A stretch of 52,836 nt of DNA from a virus. A program made the translations under genes and the position numbers. A model generated the notes under the pieces. The model searched no databases and was not told where the DNA came from. It saw nothing but the letters and a program-made list of their open reading frames with translations. Below are positions 9,386 to 18,315 of this stretch, one piece after another (position 1 is the stretch's first letter; each line of letters begins with the position of its first letter). The DNA lies in the IMG/VR virus record IMGVR_UViG_3300025738_000002, one strand, 5' to 3'.

Positions 9386-12300
9386 TTATATATGCACTAG
9401 TAAGTGCGGTTGTATCTTTCGCAGTGACCGAGTTATTAGCCCCCGACATTGAAGGGGCAGAGGATAACGGGGCCACAGTCAATAAGTCGGGTACGTCTGC
9501 AAGTCGTAATCCGGTATATGGAACATGCATCACCGGCGCAGTACCTTGCTGGAATAATGTATCTAACAATAATTCAGAGGTACTTGTTAATGTATTTGCT
9601 TGCGGCATAGGTGTAACCAATGTTCGCCAAGTTATCATTGATGACGTTGAGGTTCTGCTTGCTGAGCGTGCATACCGAGAGACTTCAACCGGTGGCAATG
9701 GCCAGTTAACATTTTCTGATTCCGATTTAAAAAATGGATTCGAGAAGCAGTGCTCAATCCAAATCAGGGCGGGACTAGATACAGGGGTTCCGTTAGGACT
9801 TGCCATTGATAACGGCGATGGAGAGTGGACAGCAGACATGCGCGGCGACAGAGTTTGCGCAGTTGCTATAAAGTCAAAACGAATTACAGATGAAGATGGC
9901 ATTAGAATTGTTTCAGATTCATTTAAAATGAATCTGTTAGTGGATGGTTTAGCCTTGTATGACCCACGCTTTCACTCTACAGGTGAAAGAGAGTTTACGC
10001 ATTCAGATCCAAGCGTGCCGACGATTAACAGAGAGTGTGGCCGTAATCCGGCGCTGGCTTTGATGGATTATCTAGTGGACGATTATTATGGGTTATCAAT
10101 CGATTTTAAATACATCGACTTAGCTTCATTCATCTCAGCCGCAAACTGGTGCGACAACAACACAGTTAAAATAGACGGTCAGATTGATAACTCAAGCAGT
10201 TTCAGTAATGCTATTGAAGCGATTTGCAAATCAGGCGGTTTAACTGTATTCGTTGAAAACGGATTCATTACAGTTAAATATGAAGACGTTGAAATGGCAT
10301 CTCATGACTTCAATGAAGACAATATAATCAATGGTACATTTGGCATCGTAGAGCAGTCTTCGTCTAACTACGCGAACTGTGTTGAGGTTGAGTTTAAGAA
10401 CACAGACCTTAATGATGAGCAGGACACGTACACGTTACCTGCTGATGTAATAACAGACCCCACAATCATTGCAGACGGAAGAATTCAGGTAGAAACGTTA
10501 TCGATGCCTATGACCCGTAGCTCAAGCGGTGGCCTAGATTCCTCTTCAATTAAATTGTTCGCAAACAGAACGCTAAGAAAGAATAAGTTTCAAAAGCAAG
10601 TCGAGTTCGATTGCGACCTGCTTGAAGATAACGTTAAAATATTCGAAGTGATCACAGTTACAGATGTGAATCTAAACTGGAATAAAAAAGAATTCCGAGT
10701 AACAAGTATTAAGAAATCTGTAAATGCTGAGAAGATGAATATTGCTACGCTTAGTTGCGTTGAATATGACCCAAGTGTTTACACCGGTTCGGCTGATGGC
10801 GGCGGCGGCGGTTCAAAGCCAAGCAAGCCTGTTATCGTTTCACCGCCTACAAATATAACTTTCAAGCTGCATGATTTAATCACCACAGGCAGCTCGACGT
10901 TGGCTTGGTCAAGAACTTGGTACGAGACTGAGTCACAGTTCGATGTAGAAATTAAAACCGCTTCAAGTAGCTCATGGAAAACGCTGGGCCGTACATCATC
11001 TGCTGAGTGGAAGCTGCCTAACCTATATCCTGACACATACGATTTCAGGGTTAGAACATGGTCAAATCTTTACGGAAACTCAAACTGGACGCAGCTATTA
11101 AATCAGGTGGTTAGTCAGCTTGCTACCTTCCCGCCTGTAACCGGTCTTTCATGTGACGCAACGACCCGTGATTTTTATTGGTCTTGGGATGACATGCTGG
11201 GGCAATCGGTAGTTCTTCCTATTGATGTAGACCCGACCAGCCCTAACAATCCAATTGTTAGAGATTACTTCTCTCACTATCAGATTGATATTTTAAACGG
11301 TTCTACTTTGCTTGCTTCGTTTCAAGCCGCATCTAATGAATACATCTTCACGTTCGAGCAGAACACCGCAAGAATAAGACAGTTAACCGCGAACGTTTAT
11401 ATCGTGGCACTCGACGGGAGTAAGTCACAGCTCGATATAGGTTCTGTGTTTACAGAAACTAACAATCAGTGTATTGCACCGGCGGGAATAGTAGATACAA
11501 CAGCGTTGCAAACAACGATTATAACTTGGGATACCGTCCCTGAAAGTGATTACAGGGCAACTAGGTTTTACACATCGACAACCGCAGGCTTCACCCCTGA
11601 CGATACAAGCTTTCTAAAGGAACAGGTAGGCAATTTATTCACTCACATCTGGCCTGACGAGTTAAATCATTACATCCGTTTTGCTCATGTTGATTTGTTC
11701 GGTAACGACAGTTTAGTTTTGTCGCCTGAAATAACGGTTATACCAACGACTATTGATCTTGAGCTTCCGATAGATCCGCGCTTCGATGAGATAAGAAACC
11801 CAGAAGGGGCCGAAGGTTCAGAGCAAGTATTTAAGTCTGCTGATGGTGATTACGTTACTGGTATAGGCATATATGCAGATGCTGCAACGGAAGACACAAC
11901 AGTTTTAATCGCTGCCAACCAATTGTTAATGGGTGTAGGTGGTAGACCTTATTACTTCCACTCAACCCCTTATTTTGTAGGCGACAAAGTCTTATACGAG
12001 CATACGCCTAAAATTACAGGTCTGTACGAATGTAAGTCTATATCAGTTGGTTTCTTGCCAACTGATACCGCTCATTGGACTGTACTGCAGAGCAACGTAA
12101 ACAAGGCTGTTTTCTCAGTTGAAGAAGATGGGCGGGTGTTAATTAAGAACGCATTAATTGAGAATTTAAACGGCAATAAGATTACAGCCGATTCAATTAC
12201 AGCGCGTGAAATTGATGCGGATACAATCACCGGCAACGAGATCTCATCGGCCACGACAATAACTGCAGGCTCAGGTAATAACGTTGGCGTGCTGGATGGC

Positions 12301-13137
12301 ACAGGAACATGGAGAATATACGCTGGACATGCAACGCCAACAAGCGCACCTTTCCGAGTTGATCAAATTGGTAACATGTATGCATCCAGAGCGGATATTA
12401 CAGGTGAGATCAATGCTACATCTGGGAGTATAACAGGCACATTGACGGTCGGACGTTCAACATCATCAAGTAACTACGTTAGATTTTCAGGAGCCGGCGC
12501 AGCAGGTTCAAGTAATGAATTTATGCGAGTTCAAGACGGTGGTTATAGACGTGTTCACTGGGGCTACGATGGCCGATTAATAATGTATGCTGGCAACTCA
12601 AATACTTCTGTTTTAGATTTTAACCCTGCAGCTAACACCTATATTTTTAAAGGTACAGTACAAGCAGATAAGATAGATTCCGATGTTGTTTCCGCTACAG
12701 TAAAAAGTATAGCCGCTTATGATTCAGGTGCAGTGCATAATTTCTACAAGACGCTGTACTCAGGCAGTATAGGGGCGTCTGCATCATCAGCGTCAAGAAT
12801 ATTGGTCTTACCTTCCATTCAGTTAGATTCGTATGGGGCTACAAATTCAAACTCAACTAAACGCACCACTGTAGGGTTAAGATTTCAAGTCAAAATTGAT
12901 AGTGGCGCTTGGGTTAATGCTACTCAAAAAACCGCAACCTCTTCAAGTGCTGGCTCTGGTGTGTATAGAACTGATCCTAACATTCCATTTTATTCGGTTG
13001 TTATCAATGGTAACGCTCATACTTACCAGACTAGGTTTTATTTATATGAGATATCGTATACCAATACTGAAAGTATGTCTTGGTCAGCACAAAATATACT
13101 ACCTCAAATATTCAGGCAAGGTAGTTCAATTACATAA
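9373..13137 (+). CDS. Central tail fibre / host specificity protein (lambda J / GTA g15-like) with FN3-like domains
   Basis: 1254 aa. NPALALMDYLVDDYYGLSI fits the Phage-tail_3 motif. An FN3-like segment reads PTNITFKL...WKLPNLYPDTYDFRVRTWS. Confidence 0.8.
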   Translation: MPDVIIYALVSAVVSFAVTELLAPDIEGAEDNGATVNKSGTSASRNPVYGTCITGAVPCWNNVSNNNSEVLVNVFACGIGVTNVRQVIIDDVEVLLAERAYRETSTGGNGQLTFSDSDLKNGFEKQCSIQIRAGLDTGVPLGLAIDNGDGEWTADMRGDRVCAVAIKSKRITDEDGIRIVSDSFKMNLLVDGLALYDPRFHSTGEREFTHSDPSVPTINRECGRNPALALMDYLVDDYYGLSIDFKYIDLASFISAANWCDNNTVKIDGQIDNSSSFSNAIEAICKSGGLTVFVENGFITVKYEDVEMASHDFNEDNIINGTFGIVEQSSSNYANCVEVEFKNTDLNDEQDTYTLPADVITDPTIIADGRIQVETLSMPMTRSSSGGLDSSSIKLFANRTLRKNKFQKQVEFDCDLLEDNVKIFEVITVTDVNLNWNKKEFRVTSIKKSVNAEKMNIATLSCVEYDPSVYTGSADGGGGGSKPSKPVIVSPPTNITFKLHDLITTGSSTLAWSRTWYETESQFDVEIKTASSSSWKTLGRTSSAEWKLPNLYPDTYDFRVRTWSNLYGNSNWTQLLNQVVSQLATFPPVTGLSCDATTRDFYWSWDDMLGQSVVLPIDVDPTSPNNPIVRDYFSHYQIDILNGSTLLASFQAASNEYIFTFEQNTARIRQLTANVYIVALDGSKSQLDIGSVFTETNNQCIAPAGIVDTTALQTTIITWDTVPESDYRATRFYTSTTAGFTPDDTSFLKEQVGNLFTHIWPDELNHYIRFAHVDLFGNDSLVLSPEITVIPTTIDLELPIDPRFDEIRNPEGAEGSEQVFKSADGDYVTGIGIYADAATEDTTVLIAANQLLMGVGGRPYYFHSTPYFVGDKVLYEHTPKITGLYECKSISVGFLPTDTAHWTVLQSNVNKAVFSVEEDGRVLIKNALIENLNGNKITADSITAREIDADTITGNEISSATTITAGSGNNVGVLDGTGTWRIYAGHATPTSAPFRVDQIGNMYASRADITGEINATSGSITGTLTVGRSTSSSNYVRFSGAGAAGSSNEFMRVQDGGYRRVHWGYDGRLIMYAGNSNTSVLDFNPAANTYIFKGTVQADKIDSDVVSATVKSIAAYDSGAVHNFYKTLYSGSIGASASSASRILVLPSIQLDSYGATNSNSTKRTTVGLRFQVKIDSGAWVNATQKTATSSSAGSGVYRTDPNIPFYSVVINGNAHTYQTRFYLYEISYTNTESMSWSAQNILPQIFRQGSSIT

Positions 13138-13151
13138 CTAAAGATAAACAC

Positions 13152-13179
13152 AGGCCACTCGATTGAGTGGCCTTTTTTA
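13152..13179 (+). terminator. Rho-independent terminator AGGCCACTC-GATT-GAGTGGCCT followed by T6
   Basis: Perfect 9-bp stem and T-run. Confidence 0.8.
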
Positions 13180-13204
13180 TACCTGAATTTTACTAGGGGG
13201 TTAA

Positions 13205-13657
13205 ATGATTATAGCTGCAGAAATACCGATCAAGATAAGACGAAACGATACGTCACGACATACATTCACGATGACAAATATAGCCGATGACGGAACAAGA
13301 CTGCCATTTGATTTAACTGACTGGGTGATACTTGGCCAAGCAAAGCACACTGAATCAAGTTTGTTTTTTGAATTCCCGATAACCAAGATTGACGCTGTAA
13401 ATGGAAAGCTTGGCTTCTCGATTACCAAGGCAATCGGGGAGACATTATTGCCGTTAGGATCTGGTGATTCAATAACAGTGCCGTATGAGATACAAGGCAC
13501 TATTAATAGTGGAACCCCGATAGCACAAACAGGCACGTTTATAACTGGTACGTTTGAAGTAATAGCCGATCTAGTTGAAGACGGAAGAATGAAATCAGGA
13601 TTCGAAGTAGACGGATTTATATTCAGAAATACACAAGTAAATAAAATAACATTATAG
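13205..13657 (+). CDS. Small fibre-associated protein (beta-sandwich-like pattern, possible BppU_N-like)
   Basis: Good RBS (TAGGGGG). It precedes a large fibre gene. The residue pattern resembles that of 17983..18306. Confidence 0.4.
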   Translation: MIIAAEIPIKIRRNDTSRHTFTMTNIADDGTRLPFDLTDWVILGQAKHTESSLFFEFPITKIDAVNGKLGFSITKAIGETLLPLGSGDSITVPYEIQGTINSGTPIAQTGTFITGTFEVIADLVEDGRMKSGFEVDGFIFRNTQVNKITL

Positions 13658-13668
13658 AGGGTTAAGCT

Positions 13669-16308
13669 ATGCCTATTGAGGTTGTATATGAAGAGGTAAA
13701 CCTGATAACCGACCCTTCAAGTCCTATCGTAAATGCCACAATTGTAGATTACGTTGACGGATTAATAGTACCAACTAGCATCGATTCTTTAACTGATACG
13801 CCAGAGGTAAAATCTGCAAGTTCATTTATGGCCGTAAATAGGGTTGGCGACTTAATGGAATATGTTAAGCCTGCACTTAACCAAGGTGACGGCATTGATA
13901 TTACCAGTCCACAATTAATAGATAGCCCGACGGTTTCAGTTGATAGCACTGTGGTAAGAACGTCACGACAGATTATTTCGGGTGAGGGGCTTAGCGGCGG
14001 TGGTGATTTAGCTTCGAATAGGACTATTCAGGTAAACACTGATCGCGGGTTAAATATAGCAAGCGATAAAGTTGGAGTTAACACACCATTAAACAGTGGC
14101 CTTTCTGCAGGTGTTGATTTAAAAGTTGATATAGGGAATACATCAGAAACAACAACGGCTAACGGGTCAGACGTTTTATTAATAGAGCAGCCTAGCGGAA
14201 TCAAAAAACGCATTACTCGCGATAATTTATTCGCAGGTTTTGGTAGTGGCTCAGAGCTTAGAGGCTCAGTTAATCCAAGGTCTACAGACCCAACGCCGAT
14301 TACGACGCTAACGGTGAGCGGAGATCCAAATAACCCCAACATCATGCAAGGCGTTGCGCCTACCGGTCCTATTCCAAGTGGTTACACGTATGTAGTCCTG
14401 CTTGACGCTGCAGATAAGTCAACAGGCGTCACGGTTAGAATGGGCGGCACGTCTGGTTCTGCTACCGATTATATCGTATTCGATCAAGATCAACTTGTAT
14501 GGGCAGGTTCCGGTGGTGTTGGTGCCTTTGTTCATCTACAGACTGGTGACGCAGTAATATCTGTTCATGGCCGTCAAGGTGTGATCGTAGGTGACAACGG
14601 TGATTACACCGCCTCGCAGATAGTTAATATCCCTCATGATGATATTACAGAAAGCAACGCTCAAGCAGCGATTGATCAAGTAGCAGATAACCGAGTTAAA
14701 AAGTCTGGCGACACTATGACAGGGCCATTAATTTCGTCTAGATACGGTCGGTTTGATGGCGGTATTTATGTTGATGGAACAGGCGCTAGCAACTTAGCAA
14801 TTTCATCTAACAATAGCTTTCATAATGTAAGCGCTCTTAGTAATACTAAAAAATACTGTTTGTGGGGAGACTCATCAACATACACGATTGGTATGTCAGA
14901 CGCTTATGACTACGGCGCGGTTACAGCTCATGCAACAACATTTACAATGGGAAATCCTGATCAAGGCTGGATATTTAGACGCAGCACGAACCCAACCGGA
15001 CAAGCTGCAATGTCTTTATCTGGTGACGGTCAAATGAAAGTTGATAGCACTGTAACCGCGCCGTTATTTGTCGGTAGTGTTACAGCGCCAACAGTCACAG
15101 CGGTAAGCAAGTTAATCGTTCCTGTTGAAGGTGCGACGGCAGGCGTTAAGGCTCAATTCCGATATAACGATACAGAAGGCTTCCAAGGCCATAACGGAAC
15201 CGAGTGGGGTTCTATTGGTGGCGGTGGCGTACCTGACTTCGAAGTGATAGCGGCATCTGCTATTTCTGCAGAGGCAAAAAATGCGTATTCATTCGACGTT
15301 ACTTTAAGAGATTGCACCGTCACAGCGCCGACCAAGAAGGTTAATGATTGGTTCGTTACTGGTATCTATGGCGATAGCTCAGCCGGTGGCAATAATATGA
15401 TTCTTACATCCACCGATAAGATCATGGGTAGTGATGAAGATTTTACGCTATCAACAGAATACGCATACATATACTGGTCGTACCTTGATGACGTACTAGG
15501 CTGGGTAATCGTTAATGCAGTAGGTGAGTCAGAAGCGCCACAGGCAATTAAAACTCAAGTTAAAAACACATTCGCTATCGGTACTGATACGTTTTCGATT
15601 GATTACGATTTAGGTTTTGTTGACGTATACATTAACGGTTACAAGCTTCCTGAAACAGAATTCAATGCGGCAACAGGAACGAACGTTGTTCTAAATACAC
15701 CGCTATCCCGTGAGTCATATGTTTATATCGTAGCGTGGAATCACTTGCTTGAGTCAGACGTTAAAGCGTCAATGGTGTCTACTGATTCTGGTGATACAGT
15801 TCAAACTGAGTTGAATATGGTAAAGGCTAAAGCTGATTCGATTCAAGACTGGATTGATAAAACTCATGGCATAGGTTCAGTTGTTTTAAGAATGGATGCG
15901 ATTAACCCGAGTACTTTATTTGGCGGCACTTGGGCGTTAATCACTGGTGATGCTTCGTTAAGTTTTGGTAATGGCTCAAACCAATCAGGTACAGCTAGCG
16001 GTAGTAATAATCCAGCAGTGCCGGTGGTTCAGCATAGACACGGGATCAGTCATAACCACCCAGCCGCAACAACCAGTTCAGACACCCATAACCACACATT
16101 TACAATTGTTGGCGATGGTGGTTCTGGCTACGCTGACGCAGGCGGATCGTCAAATCTAGGTAACGCAACAACGTCAAGCGACACGCACAACCACACTTTT
16201 AACGTTCCTAATTATAGCGGTTATTCAGCCTACACTGGTTCGTCAGGTGCAACTTTGAACGTTCGAGGCGCGCAGATTGATATTAACGTCTGGAAGCGCA
16301 CAGCATAG
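13669..16308 (+). CDS. Tail fibre protein with C-terminal HxH repeat tip
   Basis: Contains the fibre motif KKSGDTMTGPL, Gly-rich repeats, and a C-terminal LFGGTWALITGD followed by a duplicated TTSSDTHNHTF. Confidence 0.8.
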   Translation: MPIEVVYEEVNLITDPSSPIVNATIVDYVDGLIVPTSIDSLTDTPEVKSASSFMAVNRVGDLMEYVKPALNQGDGIDITSPQLIDSPTVSVDSTVVRTSRQIISGEGLSGGGDLASNRTIQVNTDRGLNIASDKVGVNTPLNSGLSAGVDLKVDIGNTSETTTANGSDVLLIEQPSGIKKRITRDNLFAGFGSGSELRGSVNPRSTDPTPITTLTVSGDPNNPNIMQGVAPTGPIPSGYTYVVLLDAADKSTGVTVRMGGTSGSATDYIVFDQDQLVWAGSGGVGAFVHLQTGDAVISVHGRQGVIVGDNGDYTASQIVNIPHDDITESNAQAAIDQVADNRVKKSGDTMTGPLISSRYGRFDGGIYVDGTGASNLAISSNNSFHNVSALSNTKKYCLWGDSSTYTIGMSDAYDYGAVTAHATTFTMGNPDQGWIFRRSTNPTGQAAMSLSGDGQMKVDSTVTAPLFVGSVTAPTVTAVSKLIVPVEGATAGVKAQFRYNDTEGFQGHNGTEWGSIGGGGVPDFEVIAASAISAEAKNAYSFDVTLRDCTVTAPTKKVNDWFVTGIYGDSSAGGNNMILTSTDKIMGSDEDFTLSTEYAYIYWSYLDDVLGWVIVNAVGESEAPQAIKTQVKNTFAIGTDTFSIDYDLGFVDVYINGYKLPETEFNAATGTNVVLNTPLSRESYVYIVAWNHLLESDVKASMVSTDSGDTVQTELNMVKAKADSIQDWIDKTHGIGSVVLRMDAINPSTLFGGTWALITGDASLSFGNGSNQSGTASGSNNPAVPVVQHRHGISHNHPAATTSSDTHNHTFTIVGDGGSGYADAGGSSNLGNATTSSDTHNHTFNVPNYSGYSAYTGSSGATLNVRGAQIDINVWKRTA

Positions 16309-16316
16309 GAATCAAA

Positions 16317-17231
16317 ATGACAATTCAAACACAATCGCAATTAGGTCTGCGTAGTAATCCTAACCTGCTTATCAACGGTGATTTTTCAGTATGGCAACGT
16401 GGTACTTATCAAGATACAGCAGGCTATGGTTCGGCCGATAGATTTAGAGCTGTACTTGCAAACTCGGCAACTATGGCAATTAGTAGAAATGAACAAGCTA
16501 ATGGTCACTTAGTTGAAAACCAAAGGGTTAGAACATCAGCGCGTATTATATACACAACCGCCACTGAACAATCTTATGGATCTGACTGCACTGTCCGTCA
16601 AGTTATAGAGGACGGTGGGATGTTGACATCAGGAGAATCAGTAACGGTTGGGGTATGGCTATATACAACGAGCAATGCAGGTGATGAATTTATAATTGAT
16701 TATTCCGATGAATTTGAAAAGCACACTATTATTTATGGTTGGAATTATTATTCAAGTACATTTGCAGCAAAGGATAGGTTAGGAAGCCCATTGTTCCCTG
16801 ATTCATTCGTAGATATTTCGTTCATAGGTTCAGGTGACGTTAATATCACCCAAGTAAAAGCAGAAGTAAGTTCAGTCGCTACCCCATTCGAGCCAGACGA
16901 TCCACAGACTAACTTAGCTAAGTGTCAGCGGTACTATCAAGGTTTTGGGTTTATCAGAATGCCATTCGCCGTGTATGCTTCTGGTTATGCTGCTATTCCC
17001 TATCTTTCATTTAATACAGCTATGCGAAAAGGTGATGAAAACTCTATAGCATGGGCAACGGGGCAAGGTTCACCATCTACAGGCTGGGTAGAAGAAAGAG
17101 ATCGAATCGTGCCTCACTATAATAATGGGGATATGATTGGATTTGATTGCATTGTAAGAAATACCAGCATTTCCACGCATGGTAATGGCTGGTACGCATA
17201 CGGCGGTTTAACTATTGATTGCGAACTATAA
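16317..17231 (+). CDS. Putative receptor-binding/fibre-associated protein
   Basis: Embedded among fibre genes, with a good RBS. I recognise no domain with confidence. Confidence 0.4.
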   Translation: MTIQTQSQLGLRSNPNLLINGDFSVWQRGTYQDTAGYGSADRFRAVLANSATMAISRNEQANGHLVENQRVRTSARIIYTTATEQSYGSDCTVRQVIEDGGMLTSGESVTVGVWLYTTSNAGDEFIIDYSDEFEKHTIIYGWNYYSSTFAAKDRLGSPLFPDSFVDISFIGSGDVNITQVKAEVSSVATPFEPDDPQTNLAKCQRYYQGFGFIRMPFAVYASGYAAIPYLSFNTAMRKGDENSIAWATGQGSPSTGWVEERDRIVPHYNNGDMIGFDCIVRNTSISTHGNGWYAYGGLTIDCEL

Positions 17232-17241
17232 GGATATCTAA

Positions 17242-17877
17242 ATGAGTTCAACAGATAATTTTTTCTCTGGCGGTGGTACTTATGCAAATCGTATGCAAGC
17301 CATCGAACAGCAGATGACACAGCTTAACGCTATGTTTATCGGGCAAGAGATTTCACTACCACCAAAGACCGTAAACGCTAACAGCGGATTGATTGAGAAG
17401 AACGGCACTGAGTTAAGTCGTACAACTTATGCGGCATTGTGGGCATGGTTACAGTTACACCCAGAGAACTTAACGTCTGAATTTAATTATAGTTCAATCG
17501 TTATATCGTCCCCTATTAGCTCATGCAGCTTATATTCAACCGGCAATGGTTCAACTACATTCAGAGTGCCTACAGTTGGCGGCGGTGGGTTCAGTCGTTC
17601 GGCTAATGGTAGTGAGTCAGATTTAGATCAGGGTTTTCAAGATCAGATCCAGAATATTACAGGCTCTTTTGTTGGGATTAATAAGATACCAGATATGGAC
17701 CTTGGCGCAATATCGTTTGGTTCTGGATTAACGTCAGGGGGTTACTCGTCAGGAACAAGTGGCACAAACTTATACTTCGACGCCTCTCGCGTAGTCCGAA
17801 CAGGCACAGAAACACACCCACAAGGTTTCTATAATAAAACGTATATATATACGGGTAACATCGTTTCTAACCTGTAA
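17242..17877 (+). CDS. Phage tail collar-domain fibre protein
   Basis: NGTELSRTTYAALWAWL...GNGSTTFRVPTVGGGGFSRS matches the Collar (PF07484-type) consensus. Confidence 0.75.
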   Translation: MSSTDNFFSGGGTYANRMQAIEQQMTQLNAMFIGQEISLPPKTVNANSGLIEKNGTELSRTTYAALWAWLQLHPENLTSEFNYSSIVISSPISSCSLYSTGNGSTTFRVPTVGGGGFSRSANGSESDLDQGFQDQIQNITGSFVGINKIPDMDLGAISFGSGLTSGGYSSGTSGTNLYFDASRVVRTGTETHPQGFYNKTYIYTGNIVSNL

Positions 17878-17937
17878 GAATAATATCCCGTAAAAATACA
17901 TCCTGGTCAAACGTGTGACAGGACAAAATACCGTAAT

Positions 17938-17957
17938 CCGCTTTAGGCGGTTTTTTT
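17938..17957 (+). terminator. Short hairpin CCGC/GCGG followed by T7
   Basis: The stem is only 4-5 bp but the T-run is strong. A second hairpin lies upstream at 17901-17923. Confidence 0.45.
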
Positions 17958-17982
17958 ATGCCTAAAATAAATTGGACACATT

Positions 17983-18306
17983 ATGCCTTCAAACAAATTT
18001 TACAGAGATTCGTTATACCGTGGCGAAGATTGGCACATCGATTTAGCCGAAGAGGTTAACGGTGTCGAAAAAAGCTTTATTGGCGCAACCATTAGCGGCG
18101 GAGTTAGAGAGGGGTTTTCATCTAGCGTAACAGAGTTCAACTTTGAATTACTTGATTCATTTAACGTTCGAGCATCTCTTGATCAGAACCAGACAGCACC
18201 GTTAGAAGCTGGCGATTACAACATGGGGGTAAGGGTCAAGTATTCAGATGATGATGACGTAATACTTATCCACGGAATACTTACAGTTAAAGAAACTCTG
18301 TTTTAA
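17983..18306 (+). CDS. Small fibre-associated protein (possible paralogue of 13205..13657)
   Basis: YRGEDWHIDL...GDYNMGVRV...IHGILTV follows the same pattern as the 13205 product. It precedes a large fibre-like gene. Confidence 0.4.
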   Translation: MPSNKFYRDSLYRGEDWHIDLAEEVNGVEKSFIGATISGGVREGFSSSVTEFNFELLDSFNVRASLDQNQTAPLEAGDYNMGVRVKYSDDDDVILIHGILTVKETLF

Positions 18307-18315
18307 GGACTCCCG

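Noticed and set aside
9333-9902. 189-aa minus-strand ORF, plus many similar antisense or nested ORFs (for example 308..589, 2072..2476, 6230..6580, 23334..23681, 26796..27182, 37255..37908, 38143..38487 and 51687..51893)
   Set aside because: All lie wholly inside long, well-supported genes on the other strand or in another frame. They have low-complexity, Ser/Leu/Arg-rich translations typical of antisense frames, and they lack RBSs.
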